Of a DNA stretch of 64,000 bases, positions 45,275 through 56,457 are shown one piece after another. The notes beneath the pieces were generated by a model. It was not told the origin of the DNA and searched no databases. It was given only the letters and a program-made list of their open reading frames with translations. Source of the DNA: Opitutales bacterium (GTDB taxonomy: Bacteria > Verrucomicrobiota > Verrucomicrobiia > Opitutales > UBA2987). Where the stretch lies: the NCBI GenBank assembly GCA_965226885.1, contig CBDDEL010000017.1:480001-544000 (forward strand). The letters are read 5' to 3'. Positions within the stretch are counted from its first letter, which is position 1, and each line of letters starts with the position of its first letter. The translations under genes and the position numbers were made by a program.

Positions 45275-46843
45275 TCAATTCCGCCTGCCCAAGCGTCGCA
45301 ACAGAGTATTGAGAAGCTCTCGTCCCCCCGCTATTTCCTCAAAACGCAATAGTCGCAATATAACCACATAGACAACAACCGCCAGCGGAATGATTATGCC
45401 TATAACCAGGAGCCCTTCTATTTTTGACGGCGCCAAGAGCGACCCGGCCCCATTCCAAAGCATCCAGGTAAAACCCCCCATTCCCGCCGTGGCCACGATG
45501 ATTTTCAAAAGAGGCAGGTTGTGGAATCGCTCCTTTTGCCAAATACCTTTGTGCAGGGGAAGAAGATACATCATAAGAATACTGTGTATGACGATGGCCA
45601 GCACGTTGGCCAGGGCCAGGCCGAGCATTCCCAAAAACTGCATCAAAAAAAGGCTGAATCCGATATTCAAAATAAAGTTCAGCAGGGCCAGGCGCATCGG
45701 GGTGCGAGTGTTCTTTTGGGCGTGAAAGCCCCGTGTGCAATAGGTCGCAATACCGTAAAAGGGAAGTCCGCAGGCATATATGCTGAGAATGGCATCGGCG
45801 CTCTCGACATCTTCCCGGCCAAACGCCCCCCAGGCAAAAAATAGCTCCAGGACTGGCTTGCCCACAATGATCAGGCCGACGGCTGCCGGAATCGTAATGG
45901 CCAATATGAGGCGCATGCCTTGGCCAAAGGTATCCGCAAATTCCTCCTCCCGCCCGGCGGCGGCATGTCTGGACAGGCTGGGAAAAGTGACCGTTGTCAC
46001 GGCAATGGCAAATACCCCCAGGGGCAGCTCGATGAGCCGGTTGGCCAAATACAGTAAGGCCACCGCGGTTTCATCCACCCATAGGGCCAACAGGCGGGAA
46101 ACCGCGACATTCACCTGGATGACGGCTGCCCCGGCCAAACCCGGCAATAAAAGGGCCCATAACTCTTTCAGGCGAGACGATCCGTCCAGTGAAAACCTTG
46201 GATTCCATCCTTTTTTTCGTAAGGCAAAGCCGGGGACGGCCATTTGCAGCAATCCTCCCCCCAACACACCCAGGCAGAGGTAGCCGACCAGCGTCACCGG
46301 CGAATGCGCGAACCAGCCGCCAGATAGCAGCAGGGCCGATATGATGGCTAAATTCAACCAAACCTGGGAGAGGGCAACCACGGCAAATCGGTTCAATACA
46401 TTGAGCCCCGCCCCGATAACCGCCGCCAGACAGACAAATATCATATAAGGCAGCAGAAGGATTCCGAATCCGGCCCCCATATGCCAGCGTTCCTCCAATT
46501 CGGGGATATAAAGCAATGCCCAAAGGATCAGCGATCCGGCAATTACAATTCCTAACAAAACAAGGAAAGTTCTCGACAATACCCGGTTGAGCAACTCAAA
46601 GGCTGCCGAGCGCCGATCCTTTTCCATCTCGTCGGCCAGGATGGGAACCAGAGCGGATGTCAATGCCCCTTCCCCCAGCAATCGCCGAAACAGGTTGGGC
46701 AAGGTGAAGGCAAAGATAAAGGCCGAATTAATCGACCCGGCCCCCAAAAAGGCAAAGAGCAGAATATCCCGCAAAAGCCCCAAAATACGCGACAGCACGG
46801 TGGCGATGGCCACGATGGATATGTTTTCCAGAAATTTAGCCAT
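45275..46843 (-). CDS. murJ: lipid II flippase MurJ (MviN)
   Basis: SRILGLLRD, FTLPNLFRRLLGEGAL, ANRLIELPLGVF. Confidence 0.97.
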   Translation of the reverse strand: MAKFLENISIVAIATVLSRILGLLRDILLFAFLGAGSINSAFIFAFTLPNLFRRLLGEGALTSALVPILADEMEKDRRSAAFELLNRVLSRTFLVLLGIVIAGSLILWALLYIPELEERWHMGAGFGILLLPYMIFVCLAAVIGAGLNVLNRFAVVALSQVWLNLAIISALLLSGGWFAHSPVTLVGYLCLGVLGGGLLQMAVPGFALRKKGWNPRFSLDGSSRLKELWALLLPGLAGAAVIQVNVAVSRLLALWVDETAVALLYLANRLIELPLGVFAIAVTTVTFPSLSRHAAAGREEEFADTFGQGMRLILAITIPAAVGLIIVGKPVLELFFAWGAFGREDVESADAILSIYACGLPFYGIATYCTRGFHAQKNTRTPMRLALLNFILNIGFSLFLMQFLGMLGLALANVLAIVIHSILMMYLLPLHKGIWQKERFHNLPLLKIIVATAGMGGFTWMLWNGAGSLLAPSKIEGLLVIGIIIPLAVVVYVVILRLLRFEEIAGGRELLNTLLRRLGRRN

Positions 46844-46855
46844 TACGGGGCCGCA

Positions 46856-47664
46856 TCAGGTCATTCCGGGAGGATCGAAGCGACCGTCCACCGCCGTCCA
46901 GCCACCATCCACATAAAGGACCGTCGCGGTGATATAACTGGCCGCATCGGATGAGAGAAAGACGGCCGGGGCGGCAATCTCCTCGGGCCGGCCCAACGGT
47001 TGAAAACGCATTTGGCCGCATAGGCATCGTGCCAGTCCTTGTTTTCTTTAATCTGTTGAGTCAGTGGCGTGTCCACCACCCCGGGAGCAATGGCATTGAC
47101 GCGGACCCCGCTGGGGCCCAATTCAGCCGCGGCTGTCCGCACCATCTGAACGATTCCCGCCTTGGTGGCCGCATAAACCCCTTGTCCGGGCTCAACCACC
47201 TTCCCCCGGATCGATGAAAACAATAGGATGCTTCCCCCTCTCTGGGCGGTCATAATGGCCCCCGCCGCCTGCAAAACGTGCAACCCCCCCTTCAGGTTCA
47301 AGTCGATGACTTTGTAAAACTCCTCCTCTGCATAGGCGGCCAGCGTTTTGCGGAAATTAACCGCCGGAGTGGAAATCACGATGTCGAGCCGGCCATCGGA
47401 ACCGCGACTCGCCTCCAGGGCCGTTTGGACCGCCTTAAAATCGCGCACATCGAGAGCGGCGGCCTCTGCCCTGCCTCCATCGGACTGGATTTCCTGGACT
47501 GTCATTTGAGCCATCTTCAAGTTAATATCCAGGCAGGTCACCGAGGCGCCCTGAGAAGAACAGGCCTTGGCCACGGCTTTACCAATTCCGGCTCCGGCCC
47601 CGATGATGGCGGCAGTTTTATTTTCCAGACTGAATGGGGAAATTGGGGAAATGGTTTTTTTCAT
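46856..47664 (-). pseudogene. SDR oxidoreductase with a 1-bp frameshift near the C-terminus
   Basis: GAGAGIG, YAATK, RVNAIAPG; conserved [28 protein letters not shown] continues in another frame after ~46990. Confidence 0.85.
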
Positions 47665-47678
47665 AAACAGATTTTCCT

Positions 47679-49091
47679 TCAAGTTTTATTTTCTGGTGCA
47701 ACATCGTTTCGCCAACGCATAAACAAATGAACCACCAGAAAAGCAACTGCGGCCCCGATCAAGCCAACCATGAATGGCCGCAACAGGCCGATTCCGCCGC
47801 CGTCAGTCAAAAGATGGGACCCAAGCAGGAAAAGAATTCCGCCGCCGATAGCGGCCAGGGCCTCCGGCGTTCCCGCCCGTTGCAGGTAAAGTCCCGCGAT
47901 CACCGGAACAAAAAGACTGACACTCAAGAGGGCGTAAAAGATTCCCAAAGATCCGATGACGGAGGGCAGCGCAATGGCCAGGGCCACACCCAGAACGCCT
48001 CCCGCCACCGCTGCCAGACGGGCCGCCTTGAGTATCTCACGGTCGGTTGCCGCCGGGTTGAAAAATCGGCCGTAAAGGTCCTTTGAAAGCGAGGTCGCCA
48101 GCATGAAAAGAATGGCGTCGGCGGAGCTGATTTCGGCCGAAAATATGGCCGCCAAAGCCAGACTGCCCACGTAAACCGGCAGGGAATCCTTCAACAATGT
48201 CGGCAGCGCAAGCTCTTGACCGGCCAGTTCCGGATAAAGAATCTTTGCTGCCATGCCGAAAAAAACCGGCACGAAGGCGAAAAGCAAAAGAACCACTCCC
48301 TGGCCGGTCACGGCTATTTGCACCGTCCGTCGATCCCGTGCCCCATAGATTTTTTGCAGAAGCCCCGGTGAGATGATAAAGGCGGGCCCAAGCAGGAGCA
48401 GGTAAACCCAGCCAGAGCTTCCATGACCCCAGAAATTCAGGGCTCTGGGATCGGCGACCGATGCCATTAAGCCGCCGAAACCTCCCACCTCAGTCAAAAT
48501 CAGGGGAATGGCCAGAGCGAATCCGATGAACAGGACGGCCAGTTGCAGAATGTTAATCCAGGCCGAAGCGAGCAAACCGCCGGCCGTAAAATAAACCGTC
48601 ATGACCACTCCGCCGGCCAGGCATCCGGCATATTTGGGCAAACCGGCCACCACATGGAGCACCCAGGCAAGGGCAATCAACTGGCCCGCCAAAATGGCCA
48701 GCGTGCCGACCCAGAGCAGGGCCGCCACTATTCCCCGCACGGTTTTATTGTAGCGGCGTTCCAGATAATCTCCAACCGTGTATAAATTATTTCGCGCAGC
48801 CGCTTCCCACATTTTCGGCCCCACCCACAATCCGAGCACGATGGACCCGATTCCGGCCGATCCAACCCACCACCATGCGCTCAAACCATCCCCATAACCG
48901 AGACCGGCCGCACCCACCGTGGAACCGGCCCCGATGTTGGCCGCCAGCAAGGTGGAAAAAATCAGGACCGGCCCCAGTTTTCGACCCGCCACAAAAAAGG
49001 TCCCGGAAGATTTGACCATCCGCCCGATGCCCAAACCGAGGAGCGTCAGCAAGGCCGAATAGGCCAACAGGAAAACGAGGTGGATATTCAT
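47679..49091 (-). CDS. sodium:solute symporter family protein
   Basis: FFVAGRKL, NIGAGSTVG, YLERRY, GGLLASAW; many TM segments. Confidence 0.93.
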   Translation of the reverse strand: MNIHLVFLLAYSALLTLLGLGIGRMVKSSGTFFVAGRKLGPVLIFSTLLAANIGAGSTVGAAGLGYGDGLSAWWWVGSAGIGSIVLGLWVGPKMWEAAARNNLYTVGDYLERRYNKTVRGIVAALLWVGTLAILAGQLIALAWVLHVVAGLPKYAGCLAGGVVMTVYFTAGGLLASAWINILQLAVLFIGFALAIPLILTEVGGFGGLMASVADPRALNFWGHGSSGWVYLLLLGPAFIISPGLLQKIYGARDRRTVQIAVTGQGVVLLLFAFVPVFFGMAAKILYPELAGQELALPTLLKDSLPVYVGSLALAAIFSAEISSADAILFMLATSLSKDLYGRFFNPAATDREILKAARLAAVAGGVLGVALAIALPSVIGSLGIFYALLSVSLFVPVIAGLYLQRAGTPEALAAIGGGILFLLGSHLLTDGGGIGLLRPFMVGLIGAAVAFLVVHLFMRWRNDVAPENKT

Positions 49092-50164
49092 TCCTGCCCG
49101 CTTCTCAATTCGTTGGCAGAAGGAATTCCGGGAAGCCCTTCGGCCTGGCGAATGCTTCGCAGAACGGCCTCCGCCATCACATCGGCGGCCAATGCGCCTA
49201 ATACCAGCAGGTTGGTTTTTTTCTCATAGCCGCTGGTGCTCAGGGCAAAAATAGTGTCTCCATCTATTGGCGTGTGGGCCGGGTAAATGGTTCGGGCCAA
49301 TCCGTCATGGGCCATTTGGGCCAGCTTGGTGGCCTCGGCCTGGGTCAGGGCTGCATTGGTGGCGATGACCCCCAGGGTGGTATTTTCGCCGCGGGCTCCG
49401 GTCGCCTGAAATCCCGAGCGAATCAACTTGCGAACATCGGCCAGGGACTTGCCGTCCGGGCTGCGCATACCGGCCAGAACCCGCCCGGTCGCTGGATCAA
49501 TCACGTCTCCCACCGCGTTGACCACCACCAGGGCAGCCACCACCAAGCCATCCGGCATGACCAGAGCAAAACTGCCCACTCCGGATTTCATGGGCAAAAC
49601 CGGGTCACCTAGTTTGCCTACGGTCGCCCCGGCTCCGGCCCCCACGCTGCCTTCTTCCACGCGACCACGAGTGGCGCTTTGGGCCGCCCGGTAGCCGCTG
49701 GCGGCATCGGGACGTGGGGTACCCTCCCCAATCCCCAGGTCGAATAAAATGGCCGCCGGCACGATCGGAACGGGTCCGGCATGAGTGGGGAAACCAATCC
49801 CCTTTTCTTCCAGATAACGGACCACCCCGCCGGCCGCGTCCAGACCGAAAGCACTCCCCCCGGCCAGAACGATGGCATGCACTTTTTGCACCATGTTGAC
49901 AGGATTGAGCAGGTCGGTCTCGCGTGTGCCGGGGGCCCCGCCCCGCACATCGACACCGGCTACGGCGCCCCCCTCGACCAGAATAACCGTACATCCGGTA
50001 GGGCGTTCCGCCAAGGTGTCATGCCCCACTTTAAGTCCTTCCACGGCAGTCAATGTAAGCGGCGCCCGGCTCTCCGCCAGCAATCCCGGTTTCTCCATCG
50101 GGCAAAGGAAGCAGCCAACGGAAAAAAATGTCAGGGCAATGAAGCGGATATATTTCATGGTCAC
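49088..50164 (-). CDS. P1-family (DmpA-like) peptidase
   Basis: DVRGGAPGTRETDLL, GGSAFGL, ENTTLGVIATNA, HTPIDGDTIFALST. Confidence 0.92.
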   Translation of the reverse strand: MTMKYIRFIALTFFSVGCFLCPMEKPGLLAESRAPLTLTAVEGLKVGHDTLAERPTGCTVILVEGGAVAGVDVRGGAPGTRETDLLNPVNMVQKVHAIVLAGGSAFGLDAAGGVVRYLEEKGIGFPTHAGPVPIVPAAILFDLGIGEGTPRPDAASGYRAAQSATRGRVEEGSVGAGAGATVGKLGDPVLPMKSGVGSFALVMPDGLVVAALVVVNAVGDVIDPATGRVLAGMRSPDGKSLADVRKLIRSGFQATGARGENTTLGVIATNAALTQAEATKLAQMAHDGLARTIYPAHTPIDGDTIFALSTSGYEKKTNLLVLGALAADVMAEAVLRSIRQAEGLPGIPSANELRSGQE

Positions 50165-50249
50165 ATTTATCTTTTACTGGCGAGTCGGAAAAGGTACACT
50201 TTTGCGGTCGTTATAAATCCTGTCAACACTGCTCAACCATTGCCCGCTC

Positions 50250-51531
50250 ATGCCTTCTTTAGAAGACAGCCTCTTTCGCCGAATCGAAGATATGACGGAT
50301 GAAATGGCCCGCTTCGCATCCGATCTGATTAAGATTCCGACCATAAATCCGCCCGGAGAAAACTATCGCCAGTGCGCCGAAATTATCGGCTCGCGCCTTC
50401 AGGAGTTCGGGTTTGCGGTGGATTATTTGACAGCCAGTGACAGGCCCGAACACTCCGCCGATTTTCCCCGTATCAATTATCAATGTTGTGGGGACCCGGC
50501 CCGGAAGACGGGAAAGACCGTCCCTGCACCTCAACGGCCATTTCGACGTGGTGCCTCCGGGGGACGGCTGGACCTTCGACCCCTTTTCCGGAAAAATCGA
50601 AAACGGACGCGTTTACGGCCGTGGCAGCGCCGATATGAAGGCAGGCCTGGCCGCCGCCATTTTTACCGCCGAGGCCATCCGGCGCGAGGGCATCGAGCTG
50701 GGCGGGAATCTTCAAATCAGCGGCTCCGTGGACGAGGAAAGCGGTGGATATGCCGGTGTCGGCTGGCTGGCTGAAAACGGCATTATTTGTTCAAAAAACA
50801 CCGATTACGTCATCATACCCGAACCATTCGGGAAGGATCGTGTATGCCTGGGCCACCGGGGAGTTTACTGGTTCAAAGTAACTGCCCTGGGGAAAATCGC
50901 CCACGGCTCGATGCCTTTTCTGGTAGAAAATGCCATTCAAGGCATGGGGCGTCTGCTCGAATCCATGCGCCACGACCTCCTGCCCGCCCTCCACAAAAGA
51001 AAAACGGTTATGCCGGTTGTGCCCCCCGAGGCGCGAAAACCAACCTTGAATATTAATTCCATTACCGGGGGTCAAAACGAGGGGATGGGGCAAACGCCCT
51101 GTGTGGCCGACCGCTGCGAAGCTATTTTCGACCGGCGTTTTCTGTTAGAAGAAAATTTCGATGAAGTGCGCCACGAAATTAAACTCATTCTAGCCGCAAC
51201 GGAAAAAAAGGAGTCATCCCTCAAATTCGATTTGGAAGATTTGATGATGGTTCCGCCCGTCAGCGCTCCGGAGGACTGCCGCCTGGTCCAGGTTTTGGAT
51301 CACGCAGCGGTCAAGGTTTTGGGCCAAAAACTGGATAAAGTGGCCAGTCCCGGGACTTACGACCATAAACATGTTTATCTCCGCGGCGGCATCGACCAAT
51401 GCGTGGCCTTCGGACCGGGCAAGCTTGAGCTGGCTCACCAGCCGGATGAATATTGCTCTATCGACGATATGGTCGCTTACGCCAAAATACTGGCCCTGGC
51501 CCTTTTGGACCTAACGAATTCAACTCCCTGA
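50250..51531 (+). pseudogene. M20 ArgE/DapE-like deacylase, frameshifted
   Basis: LNGHFDVVP, GRGSADMK, DEESGG, AHQPDE; 7-bp duplication TATCAAT at 50471-50484. Confidence 0.9.
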
Positions 51532-51732
51532 ACGCACGTCTGCCGATGTTGTCGCAAATGAAACACCCTGCAAAAGGCAGTTTTCTCACCATTGCGGTTT
51601 GTAAATTAAATCTTTTTCTAAGATTCGCTTAATGGTCATTGAATTTATCGGGATATTCGCTTATATATTAGGCTAAACAGGAGACGCATTTATCTACTTG
51701 CCGATCTTTGGTCTCTCGATTCTAATTCTGCA

Positions 51733-52548
51733 ATGGCACGAAAAATCACTTTCGTAAATTACAAAGGCGGGGTTAGCAAAACCTCGCTCATTGTCAACAC
51801 AGCAGCCTGTTTGGCCCAAAAAGGCTTTCGGGTTCTTCTCTTTGATTTTGACACCCAGTCCAATGCCAGCATTTGGCTCATGCGTTTGGACCGGTGGAAC
51901 AAGATAAACATCTCAGGAGAAGGCTCCGTCTACTCCATTTTCAATCCCGGAAAAGTCCACGTCAAGGACCTCATCATCAAGGATGTGGTAAAAAACAAAA
52001 CGGGGGAAATTCTCCTCCCCGGTCTGGATCTGGTGCCCACCACCTTCAACCTGGTCGATCTGGAAAGCGATTACGAGGGCGACCCAAAAACACCCCCCTA
52101 CCTGCTCTTTCACCAGCAAGTAGCGGAACTCGAATCCGAATACGACTACATCCTGTTCGACTGCCCGCCCAACATCCTACGGGCCTCCCAATGCGCCGTT
52201 TTCACCAGCAATGAAATCCTCGTGCCGTCCAATCCGGATGCCTTGAGCCTGATCGGCTTTACCCTCTTGGTGGAAAAACTGATGCTCTTACACCGCCGTT
52301 CGGCAAGTTTTAGGGTCAGCGGCATGAGTACGGCGGCCCAGATCAAGGGCATCATATTTAATTCAATCAAGGCCAATGTCGATATAGAGGTGCCGAAAAT
52401 GCGGATGCAACTGCGCCTGAATCAGTTTCGAAACCAAAAAAGGGTTTCCCCCAAAGCCAAAATTTACCAGACAACGATTCGAGACGCCACCGTTGTGCGA
52501 AGAGCCGTAACGCTCGGTTTGCCGGTCAACCTGGTCGTAAAAGATTGA
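51733..52548 (+). pseudogene. ParA/Soj-like ATPase, 3' truncated at the IS3 end
   Basis: NYKGGVSKT, DFDTQSNAS, YDYILFDCPP; the stop is the TGA of the IS3 terminus. Confidence 0.8.
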
Positions 52549-53873
52549 TGTGCACTGGAAAAAGTGGACACGAGATTCTCCTAAATGGAGAATCGAAGCA
52601 TGGGAAGAAGACGCTTTAGTATAGAGTTCAAAAATGAGGCAGTTCAACTGATGATACTCGATGGTCTGAGCGCCACCGAGGTATCGACCAAACTTGGGGT
52701 CAACACCAACCAATTGTATAGGTGGAAGAGGCTCTATCTGGACGATCAGCAGGGCGAAGCCACCTCAAAGCGACAGAGCAGTCCGAAGGAGATGGCGGCC
52801 GAGATAGATCGTCTTCGCAAAGAGCTGCGCCGCTCGGAGCGGATCAACCAGATACTAAAAAAAACGGTGGGCTACTTTGCCAAGGACGAACAATGAAGTA
52901 CCAGTTTGTCAAAGACAACGAGGGGCGCTTCAAGATCGAGGAAATATGCTCGGCGATGGGGATTTGTCGCAGTGGCTATTACTGCTGGAGGCCCCGAGCG
53001 CCCTCGGCCCGGCGGATCGAGGACGAGGGAATCAAGGGGGCGATCCTGAAGGTACACAAAGAGGCCAAGGGCCGCTATGGGCATCGGCCAATGCACCGCC
53101 ATCTGAAGGATGATGAGGGCATCGATTGCGGCCGTGACCGGGCTCTGCGTCTGATGCGTGAAATGGGAATCAAAAGCACCCAGAGTAAACGCTTTAAGCC
53201 ATTAAAAACCAACAGTAACCATCCCTATGGTTACAGCCCCAATGTGCTTAAAAAGCATGGCCAGCCGACCCATATCGACGAGGTCTGGGTGGCGGACACG
53301 ACCTACCTACGGACCCTGGCCGGTTGGATGTACTTGGCCACGGTGATGGACCTGTTCAGCCGACGCCTGCTGGGCTGGAGCGTTTCCAACCACAACGACG
53401 CGAAGCTGGTTGGCAAGGCCCTCAAAGCCGCGGCCATGACCCGCGGCACACTGCGCACCGGGATTATTCATCACAGCGATCGGGGCAGCCCCTACGGCAG
53501 CGACGACTATCAGAGGCTGGTCTCTGAACTAGGCATGAAGCCGAGCATGAGCGCCCAAGGCAACTGCTACGACAACGCGGCCATGGAATCGTTCTACGGC
53601 CGCTTCAAGACCAGCACGATTCGAGGCCGCCACTTTGCCGACGAGCGCGAACTGCGATCAACTGTCTTCGAATACGTGGAAATCTTCTACAACCGATATC
53701 GCAAACATTCCTCTCTGAGTTACCAAAGCCCAGTCCAATTCGAGGAAAATATTTGCCCCCCATGGGGGGCAACGAGAAAACAAAACCCTTTACCAAAACA
53801 AGCCGCCTGACACACTAATCAATAAACAATGAATATAAGAGAATCCCGTGTCCAACAAATCCAGTACACGTCA
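52546..53873 (+). mobile_element. IS3-family element copy 6 (no TSD, rearrangement junction)
   Basis: 1328 bp; flanks AGAT / TTAA differ. Confidence 0.96.
52600..53810 (+). CDS. IS3 transposase OrfA/OrfB
   Basis: orfA 52600-52896, orfB 52893-53810. Confidence 0.9.
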
Positions 53874-55217
53874 TTAACAGATCGATTGGGCAAGGCCTTG
53901 CGCAACTTGCGGGGGGTGGGCAAATTGTCCGAGGAGAATATGGCGGAGGCCCTGAAGGAGGTCCGCACGGCTTTGCTGGGGGCGGATGTGCACTTCCGGG
54001 TGGCGCGGGAATTTGTCGATCGGGTGAAAAAGGAGTGCATCGGCCAGGAGGTGACCAAGTCGGTTACGCCGGGGCAGATGGTGGTCAATATCATCAATAA
54101 GGAGCTGATCCGGCTGCTGGGCGAGGGAACCGCCGCATTGGTCGATAAAAAGCCTCTGCGGATTCTGTTGGTGGGCTTGCATGGTTCGGGAAAAACGACC
54201 ACCGCGGTAAAGCTGGCGCGGCGGCTGCGCTCCCAGGGATACCGACCGCTGGTGGCGGCTTGCGATGTTTACCGCCCGGCCGCCATCGACCAGTTGGAAA
54301 CTCTGGCCGCGCAGGAATCGATTCAATTTTACGCCAACCGGGATTCAAAGAATGTCCCGGCGATCGCCAGGGAAGCGGTCGAATACGCCAAAAAGAATGA
54401 TGCCGACGCGGTTATTTTCGACACCGCGGGCCGGTTGCAGATTGATGAGGAGTTGATCGAGGAGATCAAGAAGGTGCGCCAAAAGACGTTGCCCCATGAA
54501 GTTCTGCTGGTGGCCGACAGCGCCTTGGGGCAGGAGGCGGTCAACGTGGCAAAGTCGTTTCATGAGGCGGTCGAGCTGAGCGGGATCATTTTGACCAAAC
54601 TGGACGGGGATGCCCGGGGGGGGGCGGCCCTGTCCATGAAAACCGTCACCGGGGTGCCCATAAAATTTGCCGGTGCTGGTGAGAAAATGGACGATCTGGA
54701 GGTATTTCACCCGGACCGGATGGCTTCGCGGATTCTTGGCATGGGGGATGTTGTCTCGTTGGTGGAGAAGGTCCAGGAGACGGTGGATAAGGAAGAAGCC
54801 GAGGTGCTGGCTAAAAAGCTGCGGAGTGCGGATTTTAACCTGGAGGATTTTCTGAATCAGTTGAAACAGGTTAAAAAAATGGGTTCAATGGGCAGTTTGA
54901 TGAAGATGATCCCGGGAGCGGGCGACATCGAATTTGGCGACAAGGAAGAAAAACAAATGAAGCGGACGGAGTCCATTATTCTGTCCATGACACCCGGGGA
55001 ACGGCAAAATCCGCGTATCCTGAGCGGCAGCCGGCGCAAACGGATCGCCGACGGCTCCGGGGTGCAGGTGCGCGAAGTCAACGCCCTCCTCAAGCAGTTC
55101 ACCCAGATGCGTAAAATGATGAAAAAAATGAAAGGCACGGGTGGGAAAAAAATGATGCGAAAAATGCAGGCCATGACTGGCGGGCGCAACCGTATGCCCG
55201 GTTTGGGCGGGATGTGA
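53829..55217 (+). CDS. ffh: signal recognition particle protein with an IS-derived N-terminus
   Basis: [37 protein letters not shown], Met-rich M domain; first 15 codons lie inside IS3. Confidence 0.95.
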   Translation: MNIRESRVQQIQYTSLTDRLGKALRNLRGVGKLSEENMAEALKEVRTALLGADVHFRVAREFVDRVKKECIGQEVTKSVTPGQMVVNIINKELIRLLGEGTAALVDKKPLRILLVGLHGSGKTTTAVKLARRLRSQGYRPLVAACDVYRPAAIDQLETLAAQESIQFYANRDSKNVPAIAREAVEYAKKNDADAVIFDTAGRLQIDEELIEEIKKVRQKTLPHEVLLVADSALGQEAVNVAKSFHEAVELSGIILTKLDGDARGGAALSMKTVTGVPIKFAGAGEKMDDLEVFHPDRMASRILGMGDVVSLVEKVQETVDKEEAEVLAKKLRSADFNLEDFLNQLKQVKKMGSMGSLMKMIPGAGDIEFGDKEEKQMKRTESIILSMTPGERQNPRILSGSRRKRIADGSGVQVREVNALLKQFTQMRKMMKKMKGTGGKKMMRKMQAMTGGRNRMPGLGGM

Positions 55218-55252
55218 TTCGATACAGGATGCTCGATGCTGGAAAACTAGTT

Positions 55253-56005
55253 ATGAAAAATAATTTTCGAAAACGATTGCTGGATGGAGAATTGCTCATC
55301 GGCACGGTGGTATCGATAGCCAGTTCGGAGGTGGTGGAAATTTTGGTCGAGGCCGGCTTTGACTGGCTTTTTATCGATGGCGAACACTCGTCCATGGGCC
55401 CTCCCGAAATACAACGCCTTTTGCAGGCCATCGATCCCGTTTGTCCCGGAATCGTGCGAGTGCCTTCTTTCCGGGAAGCAGACATTAAAAAGGCCCTCGA
55501 TGCGGGAGCCGCAGGCATTCTCGTTCCGCAGATAAATACGGCGGAAGAGGCGGCCAGGGTGGTTCGTTATAGTAAATTCGAGCCTATGGGCAACCGGGGG
55601 GTCGGGCTGACGCGGGCGCATCGTTACGGTTTTGAGTTTCAACGCTACATGGATCATGCCAATGAGGAAACGGCCGTTATCCTGCAAGCCGAAAGCGCGG
55701 AGGCGGTTCGGAATATCGAGGCCATTACTGAGGTCGAAGGTGTCGATGCGATTTTGATAGGGCCGTTCGATCTCTCGGCCAGCCTCGGCAAAATGGGTAA
55801 GCTGGGCGATCCCGAAGTAATTGCCGCCATGGAAAAAATCGAGGAAGCTTGCCGGAAAAAGAAAATCCCGCTCGGCATCTTCGGCATGAACGCCGAGGCG
55901 GTTAAACCATTTATCGAACGCGGATTCAACCTCATCGCAGCCGGAGTGGACGCCCACTTTATTGCCATGGAAGCAAGCAAAACGCTATCCGGTCTGGGCA
56001 GGTAG
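55253..56005 (+). CDS. HpcH/HpaI aldolase family protein
   Basis: GFDWLFIDGEH, ALDAGAAGILVP, G.RG, IGPFDLSASLG. Confidence 0.93.
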   Translation: MKNNFRKRLLDGELLIGTVVSIASSEVVEILVEAGFDWLFIDGEHSSMGPPEIQRLLQAIDPVCPGIVRVPSFREADIKKALDAGAAGILVPQINTAEEAARVVRYSKFEPMGNRGVGLTRAHRYGFEFQRYMDHANEETAVILQAESAEAVRNIEAITEVEGVDAILIGPFDLSASLGKMGKLGDPEVIAAMEKIEEACRKKKIPLGIFGMNAEAVKPFIERGFNLIAAGVDAHFIAMEASKTLSGLGR

Positions 56006-56457
56006 AAATGGCAGGCTCCCGTAACATGTCACAGCCGCATGCCAATTATTGAGCATTCCAACTATTCGCCGCCCTTCGGTTTTAAAAACAAGCACCTGCA
56101 AACCATTTTACCTACCTTGACCCGAAAGGTGCGCGGGATTTGCTATGAGAGAGAGCGTATAACCACTCCGGATGAGGATTTCATCGACCTTGATTGGTCG
56201 AAAATCGGGTCGCGGAAGGTTACGATATTATGCCATGGACTGGAATCCGGCTCCGGGGAGCCCTACATGATGGGAATGGTCAAAGCCTTGAACCGGAGAG
56301 GCTGGGATGCCGCCGCCATGAATTTCCGGGGCTGCAGCGGCGAGCCCAACAAGCGAATGCGCTCCTATCACAGTGGGGCATCGGACGATCTGCAGTCCGT
56401 CCTGAAATATATCCAAAGCCGTAATCGTTATGAAAAGGTTTCTCTGATCGGATTTAG

